64,000 nt of DNA from the human T2T-CHM13v2.0 reference genome, Homo sapiens. The translations under genes were made by a program, and so were the position numbers. Location of the stretch: assembly GCF_009914755.1 (NCBI RefSeq), contig NC_060947.1. One strand, 5' to 3'. This document shows positions 43,301-64,000 of the stretch, in pieces. The notes beneath the pieces were generated by a model. That model was not told the DNA's origin. It did no database searches and was given only the letters and a program-made list of their open reading frames with translations. The stretch's first letter is position 1. Each line of letters begins with the position of its first letter.

Positions 43301-45497
43301 ATGAATGAAACTACATCTCTAGCTCTTGCTATATACAAAAATAAAAACAAAATGGATTAAAAATTTACATCTGAGACCTTGAACAATAAAACTACTACAA
43401 GAAAACATTGGATAAACTTGCCAGCATATTGGACTGGGCAAAGATTTCTTAAGTAATAGCCCACAAGCACAGGTGATCAAAGCAAATATGGACAAACTGG
43501 ATCACATCAAGTTAAAAAGCTTCTGCACGGCAAAGGAAACAATCAATAACATGAAGAGACAATTCACAGAATAAGGGAAAATATTTGCAAACTGCCCATC
43601 TGACAAGGGATTAGTAACAAGAATACATAAGGAGCTCAAACAACTCTACAGGAAAAAGTCTAATAATCCAATTAAAAAATGAGCACAAGATCTGAATAAA
43701 AAATCCTCAAAAGAAAGCATACAAATGGCAAACAGGCATATGAAAAGGTGCTCAACATCATTGATCACCAGAGAAATGCAAATCAAAACTACAATGAGAT
43801 ATAATTTCTCCCTAAAATGAGGCCTTTATTCAAAAGTCAGGCAATAAAAAAATGCTGCCAAGGATGGAGAGAAAAAGGAAACCTCATACGCTGTTGGTGA
43901 GAATGTAAATCAGCACAACCACTATGGAGAACAGTTTGGAGGTTCCTCAAAAAAAACTAAAAACAGAGCTACCATATGATCCATTAATCCCACTGCTGGG
44001 TACAAACCTAAAAGAAAGGAAATCAGTACAATGAAGAGATATCTGTACTCCCATGTTTGCTGCAGCACTGTTTTTAATAACCAAGATAAGAAAGCAATCT
44101 AAATGCCCATTGACAGACAAATGGATAAAGAAAATGTGGCACTTATACACAACAGAGTACTATTCATCCATAAAAAAGAGTAAGAACCTGTCATCTGCAT
44201 TGTGAGTGGAACTGGAGGTCACTGTGTTAACTGAAATAAGCCAGGCACAGAAAAATAAACTTATGTTCTCACTTATTTATGGGAGATGAAAATTAAAATA
44301 ATTGAACTCATGGAAATAGAGTAGAAGGATGGTTACTAGTGGCTGGGAAGGGTACGGGGGAAGGGACTTAGGGGATGAGGGATGGATAATGGGTGCAAAA
44401 AATAGTTAGAATAAATAAGACTTAATATTAGCTAGCACAACAGGGTGAGTATAGTCAAAAATAATTTAATTATACATTTTTAAATAACTAAATGCATATG
44501 ATTGGATTGTTTGTAATATAAAGGATAAATGCTTGAGGTGATGTATATACCCCATTTACCCTGATGTGATTATTAGGCATTGCATGCCTGTATCAAAATA
44601 TCTCATACAACACATAAATATATACACGTATGTACCCACAAAATTTAAATTTAAATTTTAAAAAATATAAAACATTCTAGGCTGAAAACCAAACAAACAA
44701 TCCAATTTTTTAATGGGCAAAAGATCTGAATAGACACTTCTCAAAGAAATAAATATATGAAAATGTGCTTAGTGTCATTAGTTATTAGAAAAATACAAAA
44801 TAAAACCATGATAATTCTACCTAATGCCTATTAGAATAGCTAAAATAAAAAATACTAACAATACAAAATGCTAGTGAGGATACAGATCCACTGGACATTG
44901 TGGGTGGGTATACAAAATATTACAACCACTTTGGAAATCAGTTTGAAGTTTTCTCACTTAGTTAAATATACTCAACATATGATCAACTAATCTCACTCCT
45001 TATGTATTTACTTAACTGAAATAAAAATTTATGGTAAAAAGAAAACCTATACATGAAGTTTTACAGTGGCTTTATTCATCATTGCCCAAAGCAGGAAATA
45101 ACTCAAATGCCTCCTCATTGAGGAATGGATAAACAAATCATGGTACCACCATAAAATGAAACACTACTTAGCAATTTAAAAAAACACTCACTGATACAGC
45201 CAACAATATGGATGAATCTCAAATGCCCTATGCTAATTAAATGAAGCCAGTCTCAAAAGGCTGTATACTGTATGCCTCTGTTCATAATTACATTATGGAA
45301 AAAGCATATATACAGGAACAGAAAGCAGACTGGTAGTTGGCTTGGGGTAAAGGGAGGACTGACTTATAAGGGGAGAATTTGGGGGAGGAGGGTTATGGAA
45401 CTGTTTCATATTTTTATTTTGGTGATAGTTACAAGGCTGTACGCATTTGTCAAAACTTACAGAACTATACATACAACAAAAGTGATTTTTAAAAATT

Positions 45498-45670
45498 AAA
45501 CTTTATATTTTGAGATGATTGCAGATTCGCATGCTGTTACATGAAAAACTACAGGGATCCTGTTTATCCAGTGTTTCCCATGGTAAAATCTTGCAAAACT
45601 ATAGTACTATAACCACAGCCAGGACACTGACATTGATGCAGTCAAGACACGGGATAGTCCCAACACCAAA
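45498..45670 (-). mobile_element. L1MC-like 3' end fragment in reverse orientation
   Basis: ttttgagatgattgcagattc ... atcttgcaaaactatagtac ... ctgacattgat. Confidence 0.6.
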
Positions 45671-46644
45671 AGACATCAGAAGGATGAGTTTTAATATATG
45701 TAAAGTATACTTTCATTTTAAAAATAAAAAAGTTTATAAGCCCTATATTGCTTGTTTACAATAAAATATCAACATTAACACTTAATTTGAGGTCCCCTCA
45801 AAACTGATTTTCTAACTATGCTCAACATTTTCATTTAAAAAAATCACTTATTCTTAGATAATAGCTTAATGTATTTTAACTTTTGGTATAATTTTTAAAA
45901 ATCTTTTCACTGTGCCACTATGTTCTCTCTGTATACTGAAACTTGTAAACTCTGCACATTCCATTTACAAAAGTAAATATAATTAACATCTAGTCTTCGA
46001 GGTCAGTTCAGCTGAATATAACACAGCTTGTGGAGAAGAACACTAGTTTCTTTGGCCATTCCAGAGAGAAGGGGGGAGAGAAGAATTTTCTCATTCTTCT
46101 GTTACCTTTCAGAGATTTATGCCAATCCACAGAGTTCCTTTGCCATACTATTTCTGACTAAACTGTTATTTAACAACTATAATTTGCTCAGCAATCAACT
46201 GACGAAAATTGTACAACTATAAAACTAGCTACAAGATTAGACAAGCCATATGTTATACAGTGGTTTTTCCAAATCACTAATTTGAAAATAAAAGAAAATG
46301 TACAATTCAACTACATAATGGAAGGGTTATTTTGGGGGGTAGGTTTGAGGGTCAGTGTTTCACATCTTTGTAATCTAAATGACTCTTTTCTAAGACTTTA
46401 AACTTTAAAAGCACACTCAGAATATAATAATTTGATGAATAGTTACTATAAATAAAAGCAATCTCAGTGATTAGTTTGCAAGTAACTATAAAAACTACAT
46501 AGAATTATTTTCTCAAGTATACATTTTTCTCTTAAATACTCAGCTCAAGTACTGTGTGATTTACATCTCTGACCACTGTATATTTTTCTTCCCTCTCTTT
46601 GTAGAAGTTGCTTCTGAATTATGTCTCTCAGAAAACACATTATA

Positions 46645-46978
46645 GGCTGGGCACAGTGGCTCACACCTGTTACCCCAACACTTTGGGAAGCCGTGGCAGG
46701 ATGATTGCTTGAGGCCAGGAGTTCAAGACCAGCCTGGGCAATATAGCAAGACTCCGTCGCCACACACACAAAAAATAGCTGGGTGTGGTGGCATGTTCCT
46801 GAAGTCCCAGCTACCCAGAAGGCTGGGGTGGGAGGATGGCTTGAGCCCAGGAGTTAAAGGCTGTGATAATAATAATAATTTAAAAAAAGGCTGTGATAAG
46901 ATGTGATCCTGCCACTGCCCTCCAGCCTGGGTGACAGAGTAAGACTCTGTCTCTTAAAAAAAATAAAATTTAAAAAAT
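46645..46978 (+). mobile_element. AluJ with a 30-bp internal insertion
   Basis: gatgattgcttgaggccaggagttc and ggaggatggcttgagcccagg diagnostics; A-rich tail. Confidence 0.9.
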
Positions 46979-47577
46979 GCAACAGATTATAGCAACCACA
47001 GTTCAAATAAATTCTGTATTCGAGCTGTACTTTTTAATGGGATATTATGATGAAATAATTTTTCTAAAGAGGCAAGTCATATTATAAAGTTATTTTTATA
47101 TAAACTATACAAGGGATTTTATACAGACTATGAAAAGGATGCAGGATTTCAGGAAAAAAACTTAAGTTTTATAATATAATAATATATAATATAAATAATA
47201 TATTAGCAAGGATGTAGATCTTTGGGAATATCCACTCTCATCCACTCTCATTCTACTGATCTGTTATAACAATCATAATCTCAGAACGAGGCCAATCAGA
47301 CTCAAAGCACAGTTACAACAGGAAACTTTCTATAGTCCATTGTAATTTCAGAGTAGCCTGTCATTCCAGATACTAGGTCCATTCCTTATGTCTGGAGAAT
47401 TTTTAAAGTGGACTAGTGAAAAAAAAAAAAGTATTGCCATTCTCCTGCAATTATTTTTGGAAAACAGAATGCTAGCAAACACCCTCCCTAGGAGAAAGAA
47501 AGCAAACAAGAAAAATTAAAGAGAAAGATAAAGAATATAAAATAAATCAAAAGAAACATTATAAAAGAACTCTTAAA

Positions 47578-47707
47578 CCCATTTATGCCTAGTGTTCCAT
47601 TATTGGAACGCTAAGCATGTGGGAGTTATTTATATTCTACTGCTCAAGGTCATCATCAAAGTCTGACTGCAAAAATTCAAAACATTGCAGCCTCAGGCAT
47701 AAATGGG
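47578..47707. mobile_element. MER85 piggyBac-family MITE (PGBD3-derived), complete
   Basis: Perfect 13-bp TIRs cccatttatgcct / aggcataaatggg; TTAA at 47708-47711 and ttaaa on the left; internal palindrome gttccattattggaac at 47594-47609. Confidence 0.93.
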
Positions 47708-48584
47708 TTAAAATACTTGCTGTGAGTGGTCATACTTTAACCAACCTCATTGGAATGCTGTCGGGGTAAATCCATAAATGTAGTCATTATAAAACCTTGA
47801 ATTAAGGTTATAATCATAAAACTGTAAATTATCTAATATTTATTATTGTACACATTCTTTAAAAGAAATGTTTGTGCCATTGCAAGGAAAATAAATTGAA
47901 TTGTTAAAAAAAATTATAAATCACATTTCTTCCTGTTACATGCTTTGTGTCCCTTGCTTATAAATTAATATTGATCCTATCTATTCTTCCCTCCTCAGAC
48001 AGTTTAAGTCTCTAAAATCTATCAAAAGCAGAATTAAAATGAGAACACTAAATACAAATAAACTTGGCATCATTATTTACGTAATTAACCTTAATGTAGA
48101 GAGAGAAAAATAGGTTTTTTTCTACTCTTTTTCCCACCTCTCTTTCTCACCTCTGACAAAAGAGGTATACTTTATTAAGCAAAAATGAAAAGAGGAATTA
48201 ATTTTTAATTATCTTTTTAATTGCTATAAAATAAAATTTATGTATTATATAAAAATCTCAAAACTCTACTGTTCCCTACTGTTATTTTCCTTTCCTTTTT
48301 CTCTTTAAATATCTTCGAACCCACATCATTTCTTTTGTACATGAAAAAGATAATCAGGCTGTGAATCAATAAGAGTCACTAAACTTTATTTGAACTTTTT
48401 CATATTTATGTCAGCTTTTGAGGTAACTGTTTGATATTTTATTTTTGCATTGATGCAGTATACACAGGAATTTAAAGCAACTTACCTTTAAACTGTACCT
48501 ATTTAAAATTATCTGTAAAGACTACATCTTCATCTTATCTCTGTTCAAGCATTCAAATAATAAAATACAGAATTTACTATCTAT

Positions 48585-48985
48585 TGAAAACACATGTAAC
48601 GTTTTTAGACTGGCTCGCTCAGCACAATGCCCTTGAGATTCATCCAAGTTGCTGGATGTCTCAACAGGTCTTTCCTTTTTACTGCTGAGTAGTATGTCAT
48701 CATATGGAAGTATGACAATTTACATTTATCCATTCCCCTTCTGAAGGACATTTAGGTAATTTCCAGTCTTGGGCTATTACAAATAGAGTTGTTATGAACA
48801 TTCATATACAGGCTTTTATGTGAACATAGGTTTTTATTTTTCTAGGATAAATGCTCAGTAGTGTGACTACTGTATGATTCTATTTCTATATCACTCTCAA
48901 AATAACAAAATTATAGAGATGTAGGACATATAAGTGGTTGCCAGGAGTTAGGGAAGGTGGAGGGAAGGTTGTCACTATATTTCAA
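48585..48985. mobile_element. Old L1M fragments in opposite orientations (minus about 48585-48870, plus about 48870-48985)
   Basis: ttgagattcatccaagttg ... ttccagtcttgggctattacaaat, then tgtatgattctatttctata ... gtggttgccagg. Confidence 0.6.
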
Positions 48986-49285
48986 ATGTGATGACTACTT
49001 GTGATACATCTTTCTGTCTAGACTCAAACTAAGATGATGTATTGTTACCTAGAAAACGATCATTTCTTATTCAGGATAAGTGTATCTAATGTACAATTTT
49101 TTAATATTACAATTAGAACATATTGAGAGCAGTCTAACCATCAAGTAACATTTAATTCACTAAAGAGACAAATAAATTGCAAATCAAATTCAGAAAGAGA
49201 AAAAAACAGGCTTAGACAAATTTATATTAAAATAATAAAAAATATGAATCAAGTGGCTAAGGGTATAATAAGAAAATCTGCATAC

Positions 49286-49323
49286 CTGTTAATTTGATAT
49301 GTCCTATTTCATCAAGCAAAATG
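49286..49323 (-). CDS. RPS6KA6: RSK4 exon 8 (38 nt): (N)ILLDEIGHIKLT(D)
   Basis: Acceptor tttacag|C, donor ACAG|gtatgc; phase 2 to 1. Confidence 0.95.
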
Positions 49324-49606
49324 CTGTAAATCAAAATTCACATTCAACAAGATGGAATAAAATATTTTACATAAAACATTTACATAAAAATCATAAAACT
49401 AAGATAGGTCAGTATCTATTTAATATATGTAAAAAATTTAAATGATTAACTTAAAGTCAATGTACGTCTCACAAAGATTACTTTTTACAAATAAGTTTCA
49501 TATAATTCATATAGAATTCCCTATAATATTTAAAAGATCTAACAGAGTTTGACAAAAAGCAGTTCCAGAAATACAGACAACATGAAAACAAAAGAATACA
49601 GCTTTA

Positions 49607-49714
<108 letters not shown>

Positions 49715-50374
49715 CTAGAACAAAATAATGATTTATCATTTGATCTTTCTTTCAATATTCAGTATATTTAAAAATACTTCTTTCAAAATGAGTAGACAGA
49801 CAAATCTAGGAAAATAATAAGATAATAAGCACAGTCAATTCTTATTTGACTGGCATAATTATTGGCAATACCAGAGAAATAAGATTTCTATATAAATGAA
49901 ACTAAACTCTTTAAGAATGTGTCTCTTCGATATTAACCATTTTAATGTAAATCTTTCTGAAATATTATGTTGTTTGTATATCTTCTCACACGAAATGCAA
50001 AGAACAAGATTCACCTTTTATAAAGTGACTTTGCCTCATAATACCAATATTAATTATAGTAATCTGCTATAATATAGTAACCCTTAGGGTATTTGAAATA
50101 TAGAAGTTATTTTGTTTTAGCTCTGAGAATTCCACTATTTATACCATTCTCTCTTTTACTGTCTAGTATCATTTCTCAGAAATTTCACTTTTAGGGGCTC
50201 TACAAACCCAAAGCTTTTACTACACTGCCACAAGTTGTTAAATTAGTACCCTTATCTTACACACAATTGTGAACTCATCTCTGACCTAAGGGGTGGATCC
50301 AAGCCTCTTCTGTTAGTAATGTATACGAGTGTAATGGCACTGTATTAATCATTTTGTGTCTGGAAATACGGCTG

Positions 50375-50560
50375 CTATGATGAAGTGAAGAGTAATGAAC
50401 TTGAAATCAGAATTGGCAGTGTAATATCAGACATGTCACTTAGCCCTTTGGGCCTCAGTTTCTAAATCTGTGAAACAGGACAATAATATCTGCTGTATAT
50501 ACCTAACAAGGTTGTCGTAAGAATCAAATCAGTTTATGTGGAAAAAAAGCTTTGTAAACT
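50375..50560 (+). mobile_element. MIR SINE
   Basis: gtcacttagccctttgggcctcagtttctaaatctgtgaaacagg ... ggttgtcgtaagaatcaaat. Confidence 0.75.
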
Positions 50561-51234
50561 TTAAAAAACTATATATATAACCATATGGTACTATTATTAT
50601 AGGTTTACATCTAAATTCATTCACTAGTGAGTATTCATTTACACATAGAACTGGACACTAATCAGCCATTAGATGTAATTTTTAAGGTTTAGCAAGAACT
50701 CCGGATTGGCAAAATCAAATATTTTTCTAAAAATGGGTTATTTTCATAAAGAAACCTCTGGATTATTAAGAAGGCTCAAAATTGCATAAAGTACATGTCA
50801 TAATAGCTTACAACCTGCTTGCCCATTTAGAATTACGGCCACTGCATTTCACAATGCAGATCCAGGTTACTAGTAAAATTGCAGAGAATTAGTAGTTAAT
50901 AACTTCTGATATGCTAACTACTTTTTAAAATGATGAATAGAAAAACAAAGATTGTTTATTATCTAAGTTTTGGGAGCATTAATTTGAATATTATAATGGT
51001 AAAAATATAAAAACATCACTTTCACTTGACTTTTTATTAAGAATAAAAATAACTGTTGCCTATTCAACTTCTAACCAAGGATAATAAGAATGTTCTCTGA
51101 AAGCTAATACGTAAGAAAACCCTAAATAAAAATTATTTAAAACTAAATTAGAAAAAAACTTTGCCTAGTTACAGTTATGCAAGCCTATCACCTTGTCATG
51201 AGGTTGTCTTGGTAGAAAGCCTCATGATAGATGC

Positions 51235-51480
51235 AAATAAAACATTACTAAGTAGCAATTATGTGCCAGGCACTGTACAATCATTATGTTATTATAGCTT
51301 CCAAACTCTATGAGGTAGGTATTAGGAACACCTTGCAAATGGAGAAAGAAACTCAGAGTGATTAAGTAACTTGTCCAAAATAACACAGCTAGTTAAGAAG
51401 GAGGCCCAAGACATGAACTCAGGGATACTTGTCCATAAGAATGAACTCTTTCCCAGAAGCCACTTCTGCCACATGCTGTG
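51235..51480 (-). mobile_element. MIR SINE
   Basis: tatgtgccaggcactgt ... ctatgaggtaggtatt ... gaaactcagagtgattaagtaacttgtccaa. Confidence 0.8.
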
Positions 51481-51619
51481 ATGCAATGTTTGCTTTTCTA
51501 AAAACAAATTTTAGGTTTACTACCAATAATGCTTTCCAACCCACTAATCGTCCTACTCATAAATTGCCCCCCCTACAAAATGAAAATTATCCTAAACTCC
51601 AGTACTCTTGAGTAAAGCA

Positions 51620-53260
<1,641 letters not shown>

Positions 53261-53303
53261 AAAATAGAGCACAGCTTAAGAGTTCTGTTTGTTTACCTGT
53301 GTA

Positions 53304-53306
<3 letters not shown>

Positions 53307-53342
<36 letters not shown>
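53307..53342. repeat. (GT)18 microsatellite
   Basis: Uninterrupted GT run of 36 nt. Confidence 0.95.
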
Positions 53343-53344
<2 letters not shown>

Positions 53345-54269
53345 ATTCTGAGGAAGGGAAATTTGGGTAGGTATCTTTCCCTTTAAAATACAAATGACAT
53401 ACATTATAAAATTCTTTAAAACATACAAAAATGTATTTAAAAAGTCTTTTTCTAAGGTATAAAAACATGTCCTCATTTTGGATTAACAATTTTTTGTACA
53501 CACAAGTGAAGTATAACCAACAAACATCTAATTATTAATAAGCTGTCTACAGAAGTAACCATTGAATCATTTTTTAAAAGGCTGCTCAATCAATGTACTA
53601 ATTTATCATCTTTTGGGTAACGCATTTAAAATGCTTGCTCTTACCTAATATTCCAGACTTAGGAATCAAAACTTACTGACTGCATCTCTGTGCTAGTATG
53701 GGTTTAGATAGTCCCACATCGAGAATGGAGGTCTGAAGAGTTTAAAAGAAAATTAGAAATGACTACAAGAATTTCTCAAACATATTTGTGACACTTCTAA
53801 AATCTAACGCAAGAAATCATGAATAATGGAGCCTTATTATACTGTTGTCCTTCTATGCCTTGGTACCAGTTTTTAACAAGGTCCTTTAAAGACCCTCCTT
53901 AGAAGGGGGTCCTAGACAATCCTTTTCAGATATTGAATTATGTTCTATAGTTAATAATATACCAATAACACACCCTATGCTCACGCATGGCACATTCTAC
54001 ACTGGAGGTAGACAGATATAAGCCAGAGACCTTAGCCACTTAAGCACTGGCTAGCATACCAGAAACACACTGTTCCTTTATCACAGCAAGTTCCAGAGCT
54101 CTGGGAATCAACAGTAGCTCTCCCACATTCTACACTGTAAATTCTGGAAGTAAGACATTGAACTACTATCACCCAATTAAAATGCTACTCCCAGACTACT
54201 ACTTAAAGAAAAATGAAGCAGACAAAGACAGGATTTAATCTCATGCCTGAAAAATCTAAAACACAGGAC

Positions 54270-59685
<5,416 letters not shown>

Positions 59686-59881
59686 AATAAACACTACTCC
59701 CAGAGGTGTTTAGGTAGCTTGAGTAGCCAAAGTCCTAGGCTTGCCCGTATCTACTTTATCCAGTTATTCATATTGTTCTTTTGCCTAAGAAAATAATGAG
59801 TAGCACATTGAGATGATAGAAAATGCCATTAACAGGCACATTACCAAATACTATGCAATGAAACAGAGTAGTTACCATTTA

Positions 59882-60061
<180 letters not shown>

Positions 60062-61472
60062 TTAAAAATTAGAATATAGTAACAGGATAATCTCAAAGGC
60101 TTAAAAAGCTTAGTATGCTTTTAAATTAATATATGTTTAGAATTTTACAGTATTTACTCACATGGTTCATTAATGGATAACATCTCAAAATTAAACCCAG
60201 TGTTTAATCCAGTGTAGAAATAGCTATAAACCCCTTCCCAGAACATAATCACCCTTGAATGTGGCTTTACACAGAACTTCTACCACCAAAAATTTCCTAA
60301 TTTATGAAGCATGTTATACTGCAATTGCCTAAACTTAGCCTATCAAACCTACTGAAAATCTACAAATTCTATAAAGCTGAAGAAAAATGCCACTTCCTCT
60401 ATTAAACTTTCCAGGATTTCCCCCTTTTCACATTTTTCAACAGCTTCCTCAACCTCTTCTTTATTGAAATTACTTGCTGCTACTTTTCAGATCTTATTAT
60501 ATTTATACCTCCTTAATAGTACTTATTCCATTTTGATTTATGCAATTAATTTCTTTACATCTCTGTGTTCTCTATAGGTTATAAATTTCTTGAGGTCAAA
60601 AAGTGTTTCACTTCTATAGCCCACTGAATTTAATACAGTATTTTTGCACACAATAAGTGTTTACTGATGGACCTACTACAGACACGGGAAGGTCTTTAGA
60701 TGTTACTTTTTTTATTCTGTTAGTATAACAAGGAGTAAAAGAATAATGGGTGGAAATTTCTTATGGGATTTTAATAGTGATAACTGGGTATATATTTTAA
60801 TGTATTATTTGTCAAAATTACACTAAGAATAAAATCAACAGCTGCTACTTTTTTAAATATAGAAAAATGGAAGTGACAAAGTACACTATATCAGAGGTAG
60901 ATAGACGATAGATAAATAGATAGAGTTGATCTCAACCATATGTTAAATTAGCAATGGAGCCATGATTCAAATTCAGAAATGTCTAACTCCAAAGCTCATG
61001 TTCTTTCCATTACATCTACTGCTTCTTACTGGTAGTCCTCTCCCATTAAGTATAAAAAAATAACTCAAGTAGACTAACATAACTACATGGTCCTCTGGAA
61101 TATAACCAGGAAACAGATAAGTGTGGTCATTATGAACAAGCAACTGAATGTTTTACGTAAATTATCACAATAGTTTATAGTCTAAGATTATGAAGTTACA
61201 GCCTAGCAAAGTACATAAATACTACCAGACAGGTAAGTGAAAAACACTATCTTGTTACTTTAAACAAGTTAATCAACTTAGAAAAATGAAGGACATATAA
61301 CTAATAACTAAATACTGATATTTATTTCAGACAAATACATTTTACGTAGCTGAATATACTAAGTCTAAAGTATTTATTTCCTGTTATAGTATTGTGTGAA
61401 AGGAAATCATAATTCTCTAATTCCATATTAATAAATAAGGATTAAAATAAATAAAAGAATAAAAAAAGATTA

Positions 61473-61565
<93 letters not shown>

Positions 61566-61756
61566 TTACATAAAGGTACAATATATTGCTCTCTTACATC
61601 ATTTCAGTTAAGAGTCCATCAATAATTTACCAAACAACAAATATAAAAATACAAAACGTAACTTCCTAAATGCCGAAATTTGCAGTTTTCATATTCCTAG
61701 ATAATGACCATATTCTCAGAAAGCAAAAATATTCATTACATCTAGAGACAGGTTAA

Positions 61757-62111
<355 letters not shown>

Positions 62112-62541
62112 TATTAATCTCTTTTAATTGTTCAAATGAGTTTACTGATTAAAACTGATCATAAGCGGTATTTTTATCACACCCTAAAAGATAGTGTGTG
62201 CAAATGGTTGTGCTTTCTCAATATGTAATACTGACACAGATAGAAAAGGAAAAACCAAGAATCTTGAAAGAAGAGAATATATCCTAATTAAGTTAATAAG
62301 TTTAAATTAAATGAAATATGTCACTTTTTCTAGCATCAAATTTTTACGGGGGTGCACTCTCACTAAGTTAAGGCATATGCCAATATCAAATCTAGTAATA
62401 TTACCTACAGGTTAGAAAAACTGCCACAAATACCAATGTTAAAAATAGCTACATCTATTCACCTTATGCAAGTAATACACAGCATATTTCTTAAACTACA
62501 CTTTGTCAAATTCTATTTTAATAAACTTTCTAATTTTCTAC

Positions 62542-62623
62542 CTTTTAAAGAGGCTTTTTTTAACACCTTCATTGCATAGAGCTGCCCAGCATCAGGACCG
62601 GTCTTCTTTCTAACAAGAAAAAC
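62542..62623 (-). CDS. RPS6KA6: RSK4 exon 4 (82 nt): VFLVRKKTGPDAGQLYAMKVLKKASLK, includes the ATP-binding Lys (AMK)
   Basis: Acceptor ttctattag|GTT, donor AAAG|gtagaa; phase 0 to 1. Confidence 0.96.
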
Positions 62624-62744
62624 CTAATAGAAAATTGAACAAAAAAAAAAAGGAAAATTCACATTTCTAGTCATTCTTGCTCTACACAAACACACCAGCA
62701 TACACTTATATCCTTGCATTTTCTCTAATTTTATAAACATATGC

Positions 62745-62890
62745 CTTCCCATAGAGGGAAGGGAGAGATAGTGAGAGATTTGTTGAAGGATGCAAAATTA
62801 CCCTGATCTGATCCCCATACATTATACGTATTGAAACTTCACTATGTACCCCACGAATATGTACAACTATTTGTCAATTTAAAAAAATAA
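62745..62890 (+). mobile_element. Short L1M 3' UTR fragment
   Basis: gagatttgttgaaggatgcaaaatta ... actatgtaccccacgaatatgtacaactatttgtcaattt plus A tail. Confidence 0.6.
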
Positions 62891-63197
62891 ATGAAAAAAG
62901 TTATACCTTCTCCTATAAATTATTCTATAATTTACATTATTATTTTCTCACTTTTCTTAGATTTAATTTAGTTTTTAATCAAAAAAACTGTTATGATTTA
63001 ATAAATCATAATGCATATAAATACTACTATAGAAAGGAAAATTTTTAAAATAGATGACCTGGTACTGAACTTTGAGAATTTTGTGATGTAAGAGATAAAT
63101 AACATAATGAAAGACAAACTTGAGCTACATACCTCCTTTTAAGACCCAGGCCCACTTTTTGTTACCTTAATAAAGAGCAAACAAATATTATGACCCT

Positions 63198-64000
63198 ATA
63201 TACCTTAATTAAATATGCTTTATTGCTAAAATATGCTAATGATCATCTGAGTCTTCAGTGAGATATAATCTTATTGCTGGTGGAGGGTCTTGCCTCAATG
63301 TTGATGGCTGCTGAGTGATCAGGGTGGTGGCTGCTGAAGGTTAGGGTGGCTGTGGCAATTTCCTAAAATAAGACAATGATGAAGTTTGTTGCACAGATTG
63401 ACTTCCTTTCATGAAATAATTTTCTATAGAATTTGATGGTGTTTGATAGCATTTTATACACAGTAGAATCTCTTTCAAAAGTGAACTCAGTCCTCTCAAA
63501 TCCTACCGCTTTATTAAAGAAGTCTACGTAATATTCTAAAGCCTTTACTGTCATTTCAACAATGTTCATAGCATCTTCACCAGAAGTAGATTTCACCTCA
63601 AAAAAACTATTTTCTTTGCTCATCCACAAGGAGCAACTCCTCATCCATTCAAGTTTTATCATGAGACTGCAGCACTTCCGTCACATCTTTAGTTCCACTT
63701 CTAATTGTCTTGCTATTTCCACCACATTTTCAGTGATTTCCTCCAATGATGTCTTGAGCCCCTCCAAGTCATCCATAAGGGTTGGAATCAACTTCTTCCA
63801 AACTCCTGTTAATGTTGATATTTTGACTTCCTCCCATGAATCACAAATGTTCTTAATGACATCTAGAATAGCAAGTCCTTTCCAGAGGTTTTCAATTTGC
63901 TTTGCCCAGATTCATCAGAGCAATCACCATCTACAGCAACTATAGCCTTACAAAATGTATTTCTTAAATAATAGGGCTTGAAAGTCAAAATTATTCTTTG
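63198..64000 (-). mobile_element. Tigger1 DNA transposon, degenerate 3' part; continues beyond the window
   Basis: ORF 63363..63662 (GEDAMNIVEMTVKALEYY ... FERDSTVYKMLSN) resembles Tigger1-encoded sequence; gctggtggagggtcttgcctcaatgttgatggctgctg is characteristic of Tigger1. Confidence 0.88.

Noticed and set aside
63363-63945. Possible domesticated TIGD-type transposase gene
   Set aside because: Short broken frames in a degenerate Tigger1 copy with no intact long ORF.

Overview
This is AT-rich, CpG-poor primate genomic DNA, most likely human. The minus strand carries 17 consecutive coding exons of RPS6KA6 (RSK4, p90 ribosomal S6 kinase alpha-6; X-linked in human). I traced them by hand: all are flanked by GT-AG and join in frame into 1713 nt / 571 codons (about V87-K657), covering most of the N-terminal AGC kinase domain, the linker and most of the C-terminal CAMK-type domain. 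Exon numbers 4-20 assume the usual 22-exon model; the first three and last two exons lie outside the window. Introns are dominated by transposable elements: roughly 30 kb of LINE-1 (two near-full-length copies, one nested), 9 Alus, a THE1/MST solo LTR, MIR/L2 relics, Tigger-family and MER33-like DNA transposons, and a complete MER85 piggyBac MITE. I found no convincing new multi-gene system. The best leads are a TSD-flanked 3'-UTR-only retrocopy that places a sense-strand AATAAA/poly(A) site in intron 20, and a MER85 with an intact CSB-PGBD3 binding palindrome. Repeat subfamily names and boundaries are by eye and approximate.
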